From an uncultured Gemmatimonadales bacterium (lineage in GTDB: Bacteria; Gemmatimonadota; Gemmatimonadetes; Gemmatimonadales; GWC2-71-9), in NCBI GenBank assembly GCA_963828735.1, contig CAWHFW010000004.1:1-64000 (forward strand): 64,000 nucleotides of DNA. Direction: 5' to 3'. The translations under genes were made by a program, and so were the position numbers. The stretch's first letter is position 1. Every line of letters starts with the position of its first letter. The notes below the pieces were generated by a model, which saw only the letters and a program-made list of their open reading frames with translations, was not told the origin of the DNA and made no database searches. Of the stretch, positions 37,985-47,532 are shown in pieces.

Positions 37985-38338
37985 ATGCCTCGCGTCAAGA
38001 ACGGTGTGGCCCACCACGCCCGGAAGAAGAAGATCATGGAGGCCGCCAAGGGCGCTCGCGGCGGCCGGAGCAAGCTGTACAAGGCGGCCAAGGAGACGGC
38101 CGAGCGCGCCATGCGGTACGCCTACCGCGACCGGCGCAAGAAGAAGTCGGAGTTCCGCGCGCTCTGGATCACGCGCATCAACGCGGCCGCGCGGATCCAC
38201 GGTCTGAGCTACAGCCGTCTCGTGGCGGGCCTCAAGAAAGGCGGCGTCGAGATCAACCGGAAGGTCCTGGCGGACCTCGCCGTACGCGACGCGGACGCCT
38301 TCGGTCGGCTGGCCGAGGTCGCGAAGAACAACCAGTAA
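37985..38338 (+). CDS. rplT: 50S ribosomal protein L20
   Basis: [36 protein letters not shown]. Confidence 0.97.
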   Translation: MPRVKNGVAHHARKKKIMEAAKGARGGRSKLYKAAKETAERAMRYAYRDRRKKKSEFRALWITRINAAARIHGLSYSRLVAGLKKGGVEINRKVLADLAVRDADAFGRLAEVAKNNQ

Positions 38339-38361
38339 GGTCGCCGGCTCTTGCTACCGCC

Positions 38362-38398
38362 CAATGGGGCCGTTCGCGCTCGGCGGGCGGCCCCATTG
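38362..38398 (+). terminator. Strong hairpin between rplT and pheS
   Basis: CAATGGGGCCG (38362-38372) / CGGCCCCATTG (38388-38398), no long U-tract. Confidence 0.5.
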
Positions 38399-38413
38399 AC
38401 GCATGACCGACCC

Positions 38414-39508
38414 GTGTCCGTGAGCACTGCATCCGTGTCCACAGGTTACCCCGATCTCGACGCGTTCCTGCCGCGCCTCGAGGCCATCCCCGCGCTCGAC
38501 GCCGATGCTCTGGAGGCGGAGCACACCGCCATCCTGGGCCGGAAGAGTGGCGCGCTCACGGCCGCGCTCAAGGCGCTCGCCACGCTTCCGGTCGAGGAGC
38601 GGAAGCGCTACGGCGCGGCCGTGAACCAGCTGAAGGCCCGGTTCGAGACCGCTTTCGCCGCGCGCCGCGAGGCGCTCGACGCCGAGCGTCGGCGGCGCGA
38701 GGCGGCCGGCGTGGACCTGACCATGCCGGGACGCGGGCGCTGGGTGGGCGCCGAGCATCCGGTCACCAGGGTGGTGGACGAGATCGTGGGCATCTTTCGC
38801 GAGCTCGGATTCGCCGTGGCCACGGGGCCCGAGGTCGAGACCGAGTGGTACAACTTCCTCGCGCTCAACTTCCCGGCCGACCACCCGGCCATGGACATGC
38901 ACGACACGCTCTACCTCGACGCGGCGCCGGTGACGGGCGAGCCGTCGGGAAAGCTCCTGCTTCGCACCCATACCTCGCCGGTGCAGATCCGGACCTTGCT
39001 GGCGGCCCCGCCGCCCGTGCGGGTGGTCATTCCAGGCATGGTCTACCGGAACGACGCCATCGACGCCTCGCACCTCCCGGCCTTTTCCCAGATCGAGGGC
39101 CTCGCGGTGGACGAGGGAATCTCGTTCGTCGATCTCAAGGCCACGCTGAACCATTTCGCGCATCGCTTCTTCTCCTCCACGACGAAGACCCGGTTCCGGC
39201 CCTCGTTCTTCCCGTTCACCGAGCCGTCGGCCGAGATGGACGTCGAGTGCCAGCTGTGTCATGGCGGTGGCTGTCCCGCGTGCAAGGGCACCGGGTGGAT
39301 GGAGATTCTCGGGTGCGGCATGGTGCACGAAGCCGTGCTGGAAAACGTGAAGCTCGATCCGGAGAAGTACACCGGCTGGGCGTTCGGCATGGGGCCGCAC
39401 CGGATCGCGCTGCTGCGCTACGGCGTGCCGGACATCCGTCTGCTGCTTGGCGGGGACATGCGGTTTCTCGAGGCCGTGGGTCGCCCGGGGACGACGAGCC
39501 GCGCATGA
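38414..39508 (+). CDS. pheS: Phenylalanine-tRNA ligase alpha subunit
   Basis: HPAMDMHDT, LRTHTSPVQ, FPFTEPS, GCGMVH, AFGMG. Start approximate. Confidence 0.96.
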   Translation: MSVSTASVSTGYPDLDAFLPRLEAIPALDADALEAEHTAILGRKSGALTAALKALATLPVEERKRYGAAVNQLKARFETAFAARREALDAERRRREAAGVDLTMPGRGRWVGAEHPVTRVVDEIVGIFRELGFAVATGPEVETEWYNFLALNFPADHPAMDMHDTLYLDAAPVTGEPSGKLLLRTHTSPVQIRTLLAAPPPVRVVIPGMVYRNDAIDASHLPAFSQIEGLAVDEGISFVDLKATLNHFAHRFFSSTTKTRFRPSFFPFTEPSAEMDVECQLCHGGGCPACKGTGWMEILGCGMVHEAVLENVKLDPEKYTGWAFGMGPHRIALLRYGVPDIRLLLGGDMRFLEAVGRPGTTSRA

Positions 39509-41907
39509 ACATCTCACTGCGCTGGCTCCAGGACTTTCTCCGCCGCGAGCTCGACGCGGCGGATGTCACCCATCGCCTGGCGATGCTCGGCGCGCCGGTC
39601 GACGCCGTTGAGCCGCTGTACGCCGAGCTGGCGCCGTTCGTCGTCGCGCAGGTGCTCGAGGTCGGGGCGCACCCCGATCCCAAGGCGACGAAGGTCCGTC
39701 TGACCAAGGTGGACGACGGCACGGGCACACCGCTGACGGTGGTCTGCGGCGCGCCCAACGTGGCCGCCGGCAAGCGCTACCCGTTCGCCCGGCTTGGCAC
39801 CCGCATGCCGGGGCCCAAGGGCTTCACGATCGAGCCTCGTCCCATTCGCGGCGTCGTGAGCCAGGGCATGCTGTGCTCGGCCCGCGAGCTGGGTCTTGGA
39901 GATGAGCACGACGGCATCCTGGAGCTCGACACCGACGTCGCGCCCGGGACGCCCTTCCTCGACGCGGTGCCGCTGGCCGACACGCGCCTCGTCGTGGACG
40001 TCACGCCCAACCGCCCGGACCTGCTCTGCCACAAGGGCGTTGCGCGGGAGCTTTCGGCGTCGTACGGGACGCCCTTCCGGCTGCCGCGGATTCCCGGGGC
40101 CGAGCATCTCGACGTGCCCGCGGCCCGGCACACGGGCGCGACCGACGCCGTGGCGGGGCTTGGGATCGCGATCGAGGATGCGGAGTCCTGCCCGCGCTTT
40201 CACGCCGCGGTGATCCGTGGCGCCACAGTGGGCCCCTCGCCGGAGTGGCTCCGGCGCCGGCTCGAGGCCGTGGGCCTGCGCTCGATCAACAACGTGGTCG
40301 ACGCGACCAACTATGTGATGTTCGAGCTGAACCAGCCCATGCACGCGTACGACCTCGCCAAGCTGCGCGGTGGCCGCCTGGTGGTTCGTCGCGCGCATGC
40401 CGGTGAGCGGCTCGTGACGCTGGACGACGTCGAGCGCCCGCTCACGCCGGAGATGGTGGCGATCGGCGATGGAGAAGGCGTGATCGGTCTCGCCGGCGTC
40501 ATGGGCGGCGCGACCACCGAGGTGAGCGGCGAGAGCCGCGACATCCTGCTCGAGGCGGCCGTGTGGGACCCCGCGCGAACCCGGCGCACCCGTCGTACGC
40601 TGAACCTGAGCACCGAGGCGAGCTACCGGTTCGAGCGGGGGATCGATCGCTGGGGAGGAGAAGCGGCCATGCGTCGGTGCATCGAGCTGGTGCTCGCCAC
40701 CGCCGGGGGCACGCTCGCGGACGCGCCGCTCGATCTGTGCCCTGCGCCGTCCTACCCGCCGCGCGTCTTCCTCCGTCCGTCACGCGTTGCGCAGGTGCTC
40801 GGCGTCGAGCTTCCATGGGCCGAGCTGGAGCGGCACCTCGTTGCGATCGGCGCGACCGTGGTCAGCAAGCCCGAGGACGCGCGGATCGCCGTGGACGTGC
40901 CGGGCTGGCGGCCGGACCTAAGGCGTGAGATCGACCTGGTGGAGGAGATCGCGCGGCTCCATGGGTACGACAGCTTCCCGTCCGATCTCCGGCCCTTCCG
41001 CGTCGGCAACCTTCCCGACGCACCCGAGGAAGCGGTGAGCGCCGGCGTCCGCCGCGGCCTGGTCGCCGAAGGCTTCTACGAGGTGGTGAGCCTGCCGATG
41101 GGTGCCGACGACGGCCCCGAGAGCGTTCGGCTGGTCAATCCGCTGGCGGCAGACGAGGCCTGGCTCCGCCGCCGCCTGCTGCCGGGCCTGGTGCGCCTGG
41201 TGGAGGCGAACTGGGCCAACCACGAGGCCGACGTGCGCCTGTTCGAGATCGGGACGGCGTTCGCCGCCGGGCCGTCCGGCGAGCGCCCGCGCGAGGAGCG
41301 GCGGGTTGCCGTGGTTCTCACGGGTCGGCGGGAGCCCGCCCACTGGACGGCGTCGGCCACGCCGACCTTCGACCTCTGGGACCTCAAGGGCCGACTCGAC
41401 GCTGCGGTCGCTCTGGCGATTCCCGATGCCGAGGTGCAGGTTGAAGATCAGGCCTGGGTGGTCCGGGACCGAGCGGGTCGCATCGTCGGCGGCGGTGGTC
41501 CCTTGTCGGCCGATGCTCCGCCTTGGGCCGCGCCCCTGTTCGGGTTCGAGCTGCTCATCGATCCGGCGCCCCGTCGCCCGGCCCCCTTCACGCCGCTGCC
41601 CACGACACCTTCGTCCGAGCGGGTGCTCGCTCTCCTTCTGGCCGAAGGGGTGCGAGTGCGGCAGGTCGAGGACGTGGTTCGACGCGCGGGCAGCCCGCTG
41701 CTCGAGCGGATGGACGTCGAGAGCGACTACCGCGGTGCCGAACTGCCGCCCGGAACGCGGAGCGTCGCGTTCCGCCTGACGTTTCGCGCGCCCGACCGCA
41801 CGCTTCGCGACAACGAGGTCGACGAGGCCGAGACGCGGATCCTGGCTGCCTTGGCCGCCGAGTTGGGCATCCAGCGACGGGATGGCCAGTCCCGCACCGG
41901 AGGGTGA
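39505..41907 (+). CDS. pheT: Phenylalanine-tRNA ligase beta subunit
   Basis: VCGAPN, SQGMLCS, TPNRPD, INNVVD, RFERG, DLVEEIARL, C-terminal FDX-ACB. Confidence 0.96.
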   Translation: MNISLRWLQDFLRRELDAADVTHRLAMLGAPVDAVEPLYAELAPFVVAQVLEVGAHPDPKATKVRLTKVDDGTGTPLTVVCGAPNVAAGKRYPFARLGTRMPGPKGFTIEPRPIRGVVSQGMLCSARELGLGDEHDGILELDTDVAPGTPFLDAVPLADTRLVVDVTPNRPDLLCHKGVARELSASYGTPFRLPRIPGAEHLDVPAARHTGATDAVAGLGIAIEDAESCPRFHAAVIRGATVGPSPEWLRRRLEAVGLRSINNVVDATNYVMFELNQPMHAYDLAKLRGGRLVVRRAHAGERLVTLDDVERPLTPEMVAIGDGEGVIGLAGVMGGATTEVSGESRDILLEAAVWDPARTRRTRRTLNLSTEASYRFERGIDRWGGEAAMRRCIELVLATAGGTLADAPLDLCPAPSYPPRVFLRPSRVAQVLGVELPWAELERHLVAIGATVVSKPEDARIAVDVPGWRPDLRREIDLVEEIARLHGYDSFPSDLRPFRVGNLPDAPEEAVSAGVRRGLVAEGFYEVVSLPMGADDGPESVRLVNPLAADEAWLRRRLLPGLVRLVEANWANHEADVRLFEIGTAFAAGPSGERPREERRVAVVLTGRREPAHWTASATPTFDLWDLKGRLDAAVALAIPDAEVQVEDQAWVVRDRAGRIVGGGGPLSADAPPWAAPLFGFELLIDPAPRRPAPFTPLPTTPSSERVLALLLAEGVRVRQVEDVVRRAGSPLLERMDVESDYRGAELPPGTRSVAFRLTFRAPDRTLRDNEVDEAETRILAALAAELGIQRRDGQSRTGG

Positions 41908-41909
41908 CC

Positions 41910-42221
41910 GTGGCACACACATACGAGCGTCCCGATCTCGCCGCGCTGGCCGAGCTCGAGCACGTCCTCGGCAACATGGCGGAAGAGCTGGGCGCGTGGC
42001 GCCGCCGGTGCCTCAAGGCCGAGGCCGAGCTCAAGGAGGCGCAGGCCAGCGGCGGTGTGGTGGCCGGGACCGAGCTCAAGGAGTCGCGCCAGCGCGTCAT
42101 CGACCTGGAGACCGAGAACCAGGCGCTGCGGCAGCGCATCGACTTGGCCAAGGAGCGGCTCCGGGTCCTGGCCGCTCGGCTGTCCTTCCTCGAGCAGCAC
42201 GGCGGAGGCAACGCGGCATGA
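41910..42221 (+). CDS. Coiled-coil protein (ZapB-like position)
   Basis: SD GGAGG, heptad-rich sequence, ATGA overlap with zapA. Confidence 0.7.
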   Translation: MAHTYERPDLAALAELEHVLGNMAEELGAWRRRCLKAEAELKEAQASGGVVAGTELKESRQRVIDLETENQALRQRIDLAKERLRVLAARLSFLEQHGGGNAA

Positions 42222-42529
42222 GCCAGGCCAAGAATGCCGTGAAGGTGGTCATCGGCGGCGAGGAGTTCACCGTCCGCTCCGAGCTCCCACCGGAGTACAC
42301 GCGCGAGGTCGCGGCCTATCTCGACGCTGCCCTCAAGCGCGTGCGCGATTCGCTGCCGATGGTCGAGACCCACAAGGCCGCCATCCTCGCGGCCCTGGCG
42401 ATCACCGACGAGCTGTTCCAGGCTCGCCGCGACGATCGCCAGATCGCGGACCGGCTCTCCAATCTCGGCGCCGAGTTCGCCCGCATGCTGCCGCCGGCCA
42501 AGCGCGGCGGCCGCGCGACCGCCTCCTAG
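42218..42529 (+). CDS. zapA: Cell division protein ZapA
   Basis: VKVVIGGEEFTV...VAAYLD...AILAALAITDEL, pheT-zapA-rny synteny. Confidence 0.88.
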   Translation: MSQAKNAVKVVIGGEEFTVRSELPPEYTREVAAYLDAALKRVRDSLPMVETHKAAILAALAITDELFQARRDDRQIADRLSNLGAEFARMLPPAKRGGRATAS

Positions 42530-42542
42530 CGGAGACTCTCCG

Positions 42543-44123
42543 ATGCCCCAGCAACTCGTGCTGCCCGCCCTGGTGGGCGTGGTGGCCGGTTTCATCGTGG
42601 CGCTCGCGGTCGTCGCCGTGAACGCTCAGCGGCAGCGGAAGGCGGCCACCAGCATCCTCGGCGGTGCCCGGGCGGAGGCTGAGCGCCTTCGCACGGAAAC
42701 CCTCAGGGAGAGCGAGGCGGCACGGCAGGAGGTGCTGGTCGCGGCCAAGATGGAAGCGCTCAAGCAGCGGGAGGATCTCGACCGGGAAGGCGTCCGTCGG
42801 CGGGAGGAGTGGGAGCGGCTGGAGCGTCGGGCGGACGAGCGCACGCGCCTCCAGGAGCGCAAGCTCGAGGAGCTCGAGGGGCGCGACCACGGTCTGGCCA
42901 AGCGCGAGGAGACCTTGTCCCAGCGGGAGCAGGCGCTCCGGGCGCGCGAGGGCGAGGCCGATCGCCTGGCGCAGGAGCAGCGGATCAAGCTCGAGCGCAT
43001 CGCGGGCCTGAGCGCGGAGGACGCGCGGCGGGAGATCCTCCAGCGCGTGGAGGACGAGTCGCGGGCCCAGGCGCAGGCGCTCGCCCGCGACATCAAGGAG
43101 CAGGCGAAGCGCGGCGCCGATCGCGAGGCGCGCCGCATCATCTCCATGGCCATCCAGCGCCTCGCCGCGGAGCACACGGCGGAGAGCACGGTGTCGGCCG
43201 TCCCGCTCCCGAGCGAGGAAATGAAGGGCCGGATCATCGGCCGGGAAGGCCGGAACATCCGCGCGTTCGAGACAGCCACGGGCGTCGACGTCATCATCGA
43301 CGATACCCCGGACACGGTGAGCGTAAGCTGCTTCGACCCTATCCGGCGCGAGGTGGCCCGCCGGTCGCTCGAAGCGCTGATCCTGGACGGCCGCATCCAT
43401 CCGGGGCGCATCGAGGAGGTCGTGCAGAAGGCCCAGAAGGAGCTCGAGGGCCAGTTGGTCGAGCTCGGCGAACAGGCCGCCTACGATACCGGGATTCACG
43501 GCCTGCATCCCGAGCTGATCAAGCTGGTCGGACGGATGCGCTACCGGACATCCTACGGGCAGAACATCTACGATCACTCGAAGGAAGTGGCGTGGCTCGC
43601 CGGCATGATGGCGGGCGAGCTGCACCTGGACGTCGCGCTGGCCAAGCGGGGCGGGTTGCTGCACGACGTGGGCAAGGTGCTCACCCATGACAACGAGGGC
43701 ACGCACGTTGAGCTGGGCGTGGAGGTCGCTCGCCGGTTCGGGGAGAGCGCCGCGGTGGTGAACTGCATCCAGGCCCACCACGACGACGTGCCGCACGAGA
43801 GCGCCGAGTCTGTGCTGGTGCAGGCCGCCGACGCGATCAGCGGCGCGCGGCCCGGCGCGCGCCGCGAGGCGTTCGAGACCTACGTGAAGCGCCTCACGAA
43901 GCTGGAGGAGATCGCCAACGGGTTCCCGGGCGTCGAGAAGAGCAACGTGATCCAGGCCGGCCGCGAGGTCCGGGTGGTGGTCACTCCGGACCGCATCGAC
44001 GACGCGGCCGCGGCCCAACTGTCGGAGACCATCGCGCGCCGGATCGAGAACGAGCTGCAGTACCCGGGACAGATCAAGGTCGTCGTCATCAGGGAGACCA
44101 GGGCCGTGGACTACGCACGATGA
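42543..44123 (+). CDS. rny: Ribonuclease Y
   Basis: N-terminal TM helix, coiled coil, [13 protein letters not shown] (KH), LHDVGK (HD). Confidence 0.97.
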   Translation: MPQQLVLPALVGVVAGFIVALAVVAVNAQRQRKAATSILGGARAEAERLRTETLRESEAARQEVLVAAKMEALKQREDLDREGVRRREEWERLERRADERTRLQERKLEELEGRDHGLAKREETLSQREQALRAREGEADRLAQEQRIKLERIAGLSAEDARREILQRVEDESRAQAQALARDIKEQAKRGADREARRIISMAIQRLAAEHTAESTVSAVPLPSEEMKGRIIGREGRNIRAFETATGVDVIIDDTPDTVSVSCFDPIRREVARRSLEALILDGRIHPGRIEEVVQKAQKELEGQLVELGEQAAYDTGIHGLHPELIKLVGRMRYRTSYGQNIYDHSKEVAWLAGMMAGELHLDVALAKRGGLLHDVGKVLTHDNEGTHVELGVEVARRFGESAAVVNCIQAHHDDVPHESAESVLVQAADAISGARPGARREAFETYVKRLTKLEEIANGFPGVEKSNVIQAGREVRVVVTPDRIDDAAAAQLSETIARRIENELQYPGQIKVVVIRETRAVDYAR

Positions 44124-45007
44124 GTGCGCGCATTCTCGACGGCGTGCCGCTCGCTGATGCCATCCGCGCCGAGGTGGCCGAGAGGGTCAAGACCCATCGT
44201 GGCAGCGGTCGGACACCGGGGCTGGCGGTGGTGATCGTCGGGGAAAACCCGGCGAGTCAGGTGTACGTGAAGGCCAAGGGCAAGGCGTGCGAAGAGGCGG
44301 GCATGCATTCCGAGACCGTCCGCCTGCCCGAGACGACCACCGAGGCCGAGCTCCTGGCGGTGGTGGAGCGGCTCAACCGCGATCCCCGGATCCACGGCTT
44401 CCTCGTCCAGCTTCCGCTGCCGGCGCACGTCAACGGCGAACGGGTCCTCAACGCCATCGATCCCGCCAAGGACGTGGACGGGTTCCATCCGGTGAACGTC
44501 GGCAAGCTCAGCATCGGCGACCCGACGGCGCTCAAGCCGGCCACCCCGTTCGGCGTGCAGCAGATGCTGGTCCGGTCGGGCATCGAGACCAAGGGCGCCA
44601 ACGCGGTGATCGTCGGCCGCTCGAACATCGTGGGCAAGCCGATGGCGAGCCTGCTGATCCAGCCCGGGAAGGGCGGGGACGCGACGGTCACGGTCTGCCA
44701 CTCCAAGACGCGCGACCTGCCCGGCGTCTGCCGGTCGGCCGATATCCTGGTCGTCGCGATGGGCAAGCCCGAGTTCGTGACTGCCGACATGGTGCGTCCG
44801 GGAGCGACGGTGATCGACGTCGGCATCAATCGCGTGGATGACGCGTCCCAGGCGAAGGGCTATCGCATCGTCGGCGACGTGGCGTACGAGCCCGTCGCGG
44901 ACGTGGCCGGCGCGATCACGCCGGTGCCCGGCGGCGTGGGACGGATGACGATCGCCATGCTGCTCCAGAATACCGTGCAGGCCTTCGAGCAGGCCGCGGC
45001 GTCATGA
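44120..45007 (+). CDS. folD: Methylenetetrahydrofolate dehydrogenase/cyclohydrolase
   Basis: [38 protein letters not shown]. Confidence 0.97.
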   Translation: MSARILDGVPLADAIRAEVAERVKTHRGSGRTPGLAVVIVGENPASQVYVKAKGKACEEAGMHSETVRLPETTTEAELLAVVERLNRDPRIHGFLVQLPLPAHVNGERVLNAIDPAKDVDGFHPVNVGKLSIGDPTALKPATPFGVQQMLVRSGIETKGANAVIVGRSNIVGKPMASLLIQPGKGGDATVTVCHSKTRDLPGVCRSADILVVAMGKPEFVTADMVRPGATVIDVGINRVDDASQAKGYRIVGDVAYEPVADVAGAITPVPGGVGRMTIAMLLQNTVQAFEQAAAS

Positions 45008-45129
45008 CGGCGCGGCGCGAAGATGCCGGGAGCACCGAAGGCCACCCGGCGCCGATGGTCGCCGCGGCCCTCCGTGCCTCCGTGTCTCCGTCCTGAACTG
45101 ACGCAGCCACCCATCCGGCACGACGCACC

Positions 45130-46287
45130 ATGGCATTCTCCCACCAGATGGACCTCATCTCTCCCGCTGACGACGTCTGGTCGGTCACCCGGCTCACGAC
45201 CGCCGCGAAGCGGCTGATCGAGGGCCATCTGCCGGCCATCTGGGTGCGGGGTGAGGTCACGGGCTGCAGAGTCTATCCCAGCGGTCACTGCTATTTCACG
45301 CTCCGTGACACGATGTGCCAGGTCCGCTGCTGCCTGTGGAAGGGCGACATGCCCCGGGCGGGCAAGGCGCCGGCGGACGGGACCGAGGTCTACGTGCTGG
45401 CCCGGCCCGGGATCTACGAGGTCAAGGGCGAGTTCCAGCTCAACGTGCAGCGCATCCTTCCCACCTCGGCGATCGGCCAGGCGCAGCAGGAGCTCGAGCG
45501 GGTCAAGACCCTGCTGCAGAAGGACGGGCTGTTCGACGCCACGCGAAAGCGACGGCTGCCCGAGTTCGCGAGTACGCTCGCCGTGGTCACCAGCACGGCC
45601 GGCGCGGCGCTGCGGGACGTGATCACCGTCGCGCGGCGCCGGTGGCCGAGCGCTCGGCTGCTCGTGGTGAACGCGCGGGTGCAAGGGGACGGCGCCGTCG
45701 AGGCGCTCGTCCGGGCGCTCGGAATGGTCAATCGCCTGCCCGAGGTGGATGCCTGCATCGTCGGCCGGGGCGGCGGCGGGCGCGAGGACCTCGCGGCGTT
45801 CAACGCGGAAGCGGTTTGCCGGGCGCTCGCCGCGGTGCGCGTGCCCACCATCTCCGCCGTGGGCCACGAGACCGACATCTCGCTCACCGACCTGGTGGCC
45901 GACGTTCGCGCGCCGACGCCTTCGGCGGCCGCGGAGCTGGCGCTGCCCGATCACCGCGAAGTGCGCCGCGCGCTGGACGACCTCGCCGCACGCCTTGCCG
46001 GCGGGCTGGGCAACCGGGCGCGCCTCGGTCTCGAGCGCGTCGAGCGCGCCGGCGACCGCCTGGATGCCGCGCTCGAGGCCGTGCTCGACCGGCACCGCCA
46101 CCAGCTCGCCCGGCTCACGGCCCAGCTCGACGCGCTGAGCCCGCTGCGCGTGCTCGAGCGCGGCTACGCGGTCGCCACCGCCCCCGATGGCCGCGTGCTC
46201 AAGCGCCGAGCGGACTTCGCGCCCGCCGCGACCTTCAGCCTGCGGGTCTCCGACGGCCGCGTCGGCGCCCGCGTGGAGCCCGAATGA
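45130..46287 (+). CDS. xseA: Exodeoxyribonuclease VII large subunit
   Basis: SGHCYFTLRD, GRGGG.EDL, SAVGHETD, RAPTPSAAAE, LSPLRVLERGY. Confidence 0.94.
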   Translation: MAFSHQMDLISPADDVWSVTRLTTAAKRLIEGHLPAIWVRGEVTGCRVYPSGHCYFTLRDTMCQVRCCLWKGDMPRAGKAPADGTEVYVLARPGIYEVKGEFQLNVQRILPTSAIGQAQQELERVKTLLQKDGLFDATRKRRLPEFASTLAVVTSTAGAALRDVITVARRRWPSARLLVVNARVQGDGAVEALVRALGMVNRLPEVDACIVGRGGGGREDLAAFNAEAVCRALAAVRVPTISAVGHETDISLTDLVADVRAPTPSAAAELALPDHREVRRALDDLAARLAGGLGNRARLGLERVERAGDRLDAALEAVLDRHRHQLARLTAQLDALSPLRVLERGYAVATAPDGRVLKRRADFAPAATFSLRVSDGRVGARVEPE

Positions 46288-46499
46288 CGACGATCGCCGA
46301 AGACCTCGCGCGGCTCGAGGACATCGTCCGGAAGCTCGAGGCGGACGACGTCGAGCTCGACGCCGCGCTCGCCCTGTTCGAGGAAGGGGTGGCGCGCCTC
46401 CGCGCCGCGCGCGAGCGGCTCGCGGCCGCGGATCTCAAGGTCCAAGCCGTGCTCGAGGAAGCCGGCGGAGAGCTCCGGCTCCGGGACATGGATGCGTGA
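46284..46499 (+). CDS. xseB: Exodeoxyribonuclease VII small subunit
   Basis: LARLEDIVRKLE...LDAALALFEEG. Confidence 0.92.
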   Translation: MTTIAEDLARLEDIVRKLEADDVELDAALALFEEGVARLRAARERLAAADLKVQAVLEEAGGELRLRDMDA

Positions 46500-47418
46500 G
46501 CGCGCGGTAGCCGACCCGGCCAACGGCTCGGCAGCCGACCTGCTGGCAGACGCGCGCGAGCGTGCCGACGCGGTGCTCGCCAACTGGGCGGCGCGGCTGG
46601 CGGCCGAGATCGGCGGCCGGCACGGCGACGCGCTGCGCTACGCGCTCCTGACACCGGGCAAGCGTGTGCGCGCCGCCCTCGTCCTGGCGGCGTACCGCTC
46701 GGTGGGGGGTCCTTCACCGTCGGCGGCCGGCGTGGCAGCGGCCGTGGAGACGGTGCACGCCTACTCCCTGGTCCACGACGACCTCCCCTGCATGGACGAC
46801 GACGATCTCCGGCGCGGCCGCCCGACGACGCACCGGCAGTTCGACGTCCCGACGGCCACCCGGGTGGGCTTCCTGCTCGTCCCGGTGGCCGCGCGCGTAC
46901 TCGCGGAGGCCGCCGCCGAGCTCGGTCTTCCCCCGGGCACGCTGGGGCGGATGGCGGAGGTGCTGTTCCAGGCCGGGGGCATCGAGGGCATGGTGGGCGG
47001 ACAATGGCTCGACCTCGAGGCCGAAGGCCGGACCCTCGGCCTCGAGCAGCTGATGGAGGTGCATCGCGGGAAGACGGGCGCGCTGATCCGGGCGTCGTGC
47101 ACCCTGGGAGGCATCGCGGGGCTCGCGCCACCCGACCAGGTCGCCGCGCTCACCGCGTTCGGCGAGGACGTCGGCCTCGCGTTCCAGATCGCGGATGACG
47201 TGCTCGACTGCACCGGGACCAGCGAGGAGCTGGGGAAGACCGCCGGCCGGGATGCCGCTCTCGCCAAGTCCACCTACGTGCGGCTCCTCGGTGTGGACGG
47301 CGCGCGACGCGAGGCCGACGCACTGGCGCGCAGCGCGGTCGAGCATCTGGACCGCGCGGGGCTGCCGTCGGGGGCACTGGGGGCCCTGGCTGGGTATATT
47401 GCGAGCAGGAAATCCTGA
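46492..47418 (+). CDS. ispA: Polyprenyl (farnesyl) diphosphate synthase
   Basis: GKRVR, SLVHDDLPCMDDDDLRRG, GQWLD, KTGAL, FQIADD. Confidence 0.93.
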   Translation: MRERAVADPANGSAADLLADARERADAVLANWAARLAAEIGGRHGDALRYALLTPGKRVRAALVLAAYRSVGGPSPSAAGVAAAVETVHAYSLVHDDLPCMDDDDLRRGRPTTHRQFDVPTATRVGFLLVPVAARVLAEAAAELGLPPGTLGRMAEVLFQAGGIEGMVGGQWLDLEAEGRTLGLEQLMEVHRGKTGALIRASCTLGGIAGLAPPDQVAALTAFGEDVGLAFQIADDVLDCTGTSEELGKTAGRDAALAKSTYVRLLGVDGARREADALARSAVEHLDRAGLPSGALGALAGYIASRKS

Positions 47419-47438
47419 ACGGCGGTCGTCGGTCCTCA

Positions 47439-47472
47439 GCCGTCCGCTGCGCCTGAGCGCGCGGTGGACGGC
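47439..47472 (+). terminator. GC-rich hairpin between ispA and dxs
   Basis: GCCGTCCGCTGCGC / GCGCGGTGGACGGC (with GU pairs). Confidence 0.4.
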
Positions 47473-47532
47473 CCGGATTCGTTTGCGACCCGCGACTGCC
47501 TGTAACCGTGGCCTACGACCAACGACTCCGCC

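Noticed and set aside
38339..38413. T-box or pheM-type attenuator before pheS
   Set aside because: The spacer is too short, with no T-box motif or Phe-rich leader peptide, only a single hairpin.
42529..42543. 6S RNA, often found after zapA
   Set aside because: Only 13 bp separate zapA and rny.
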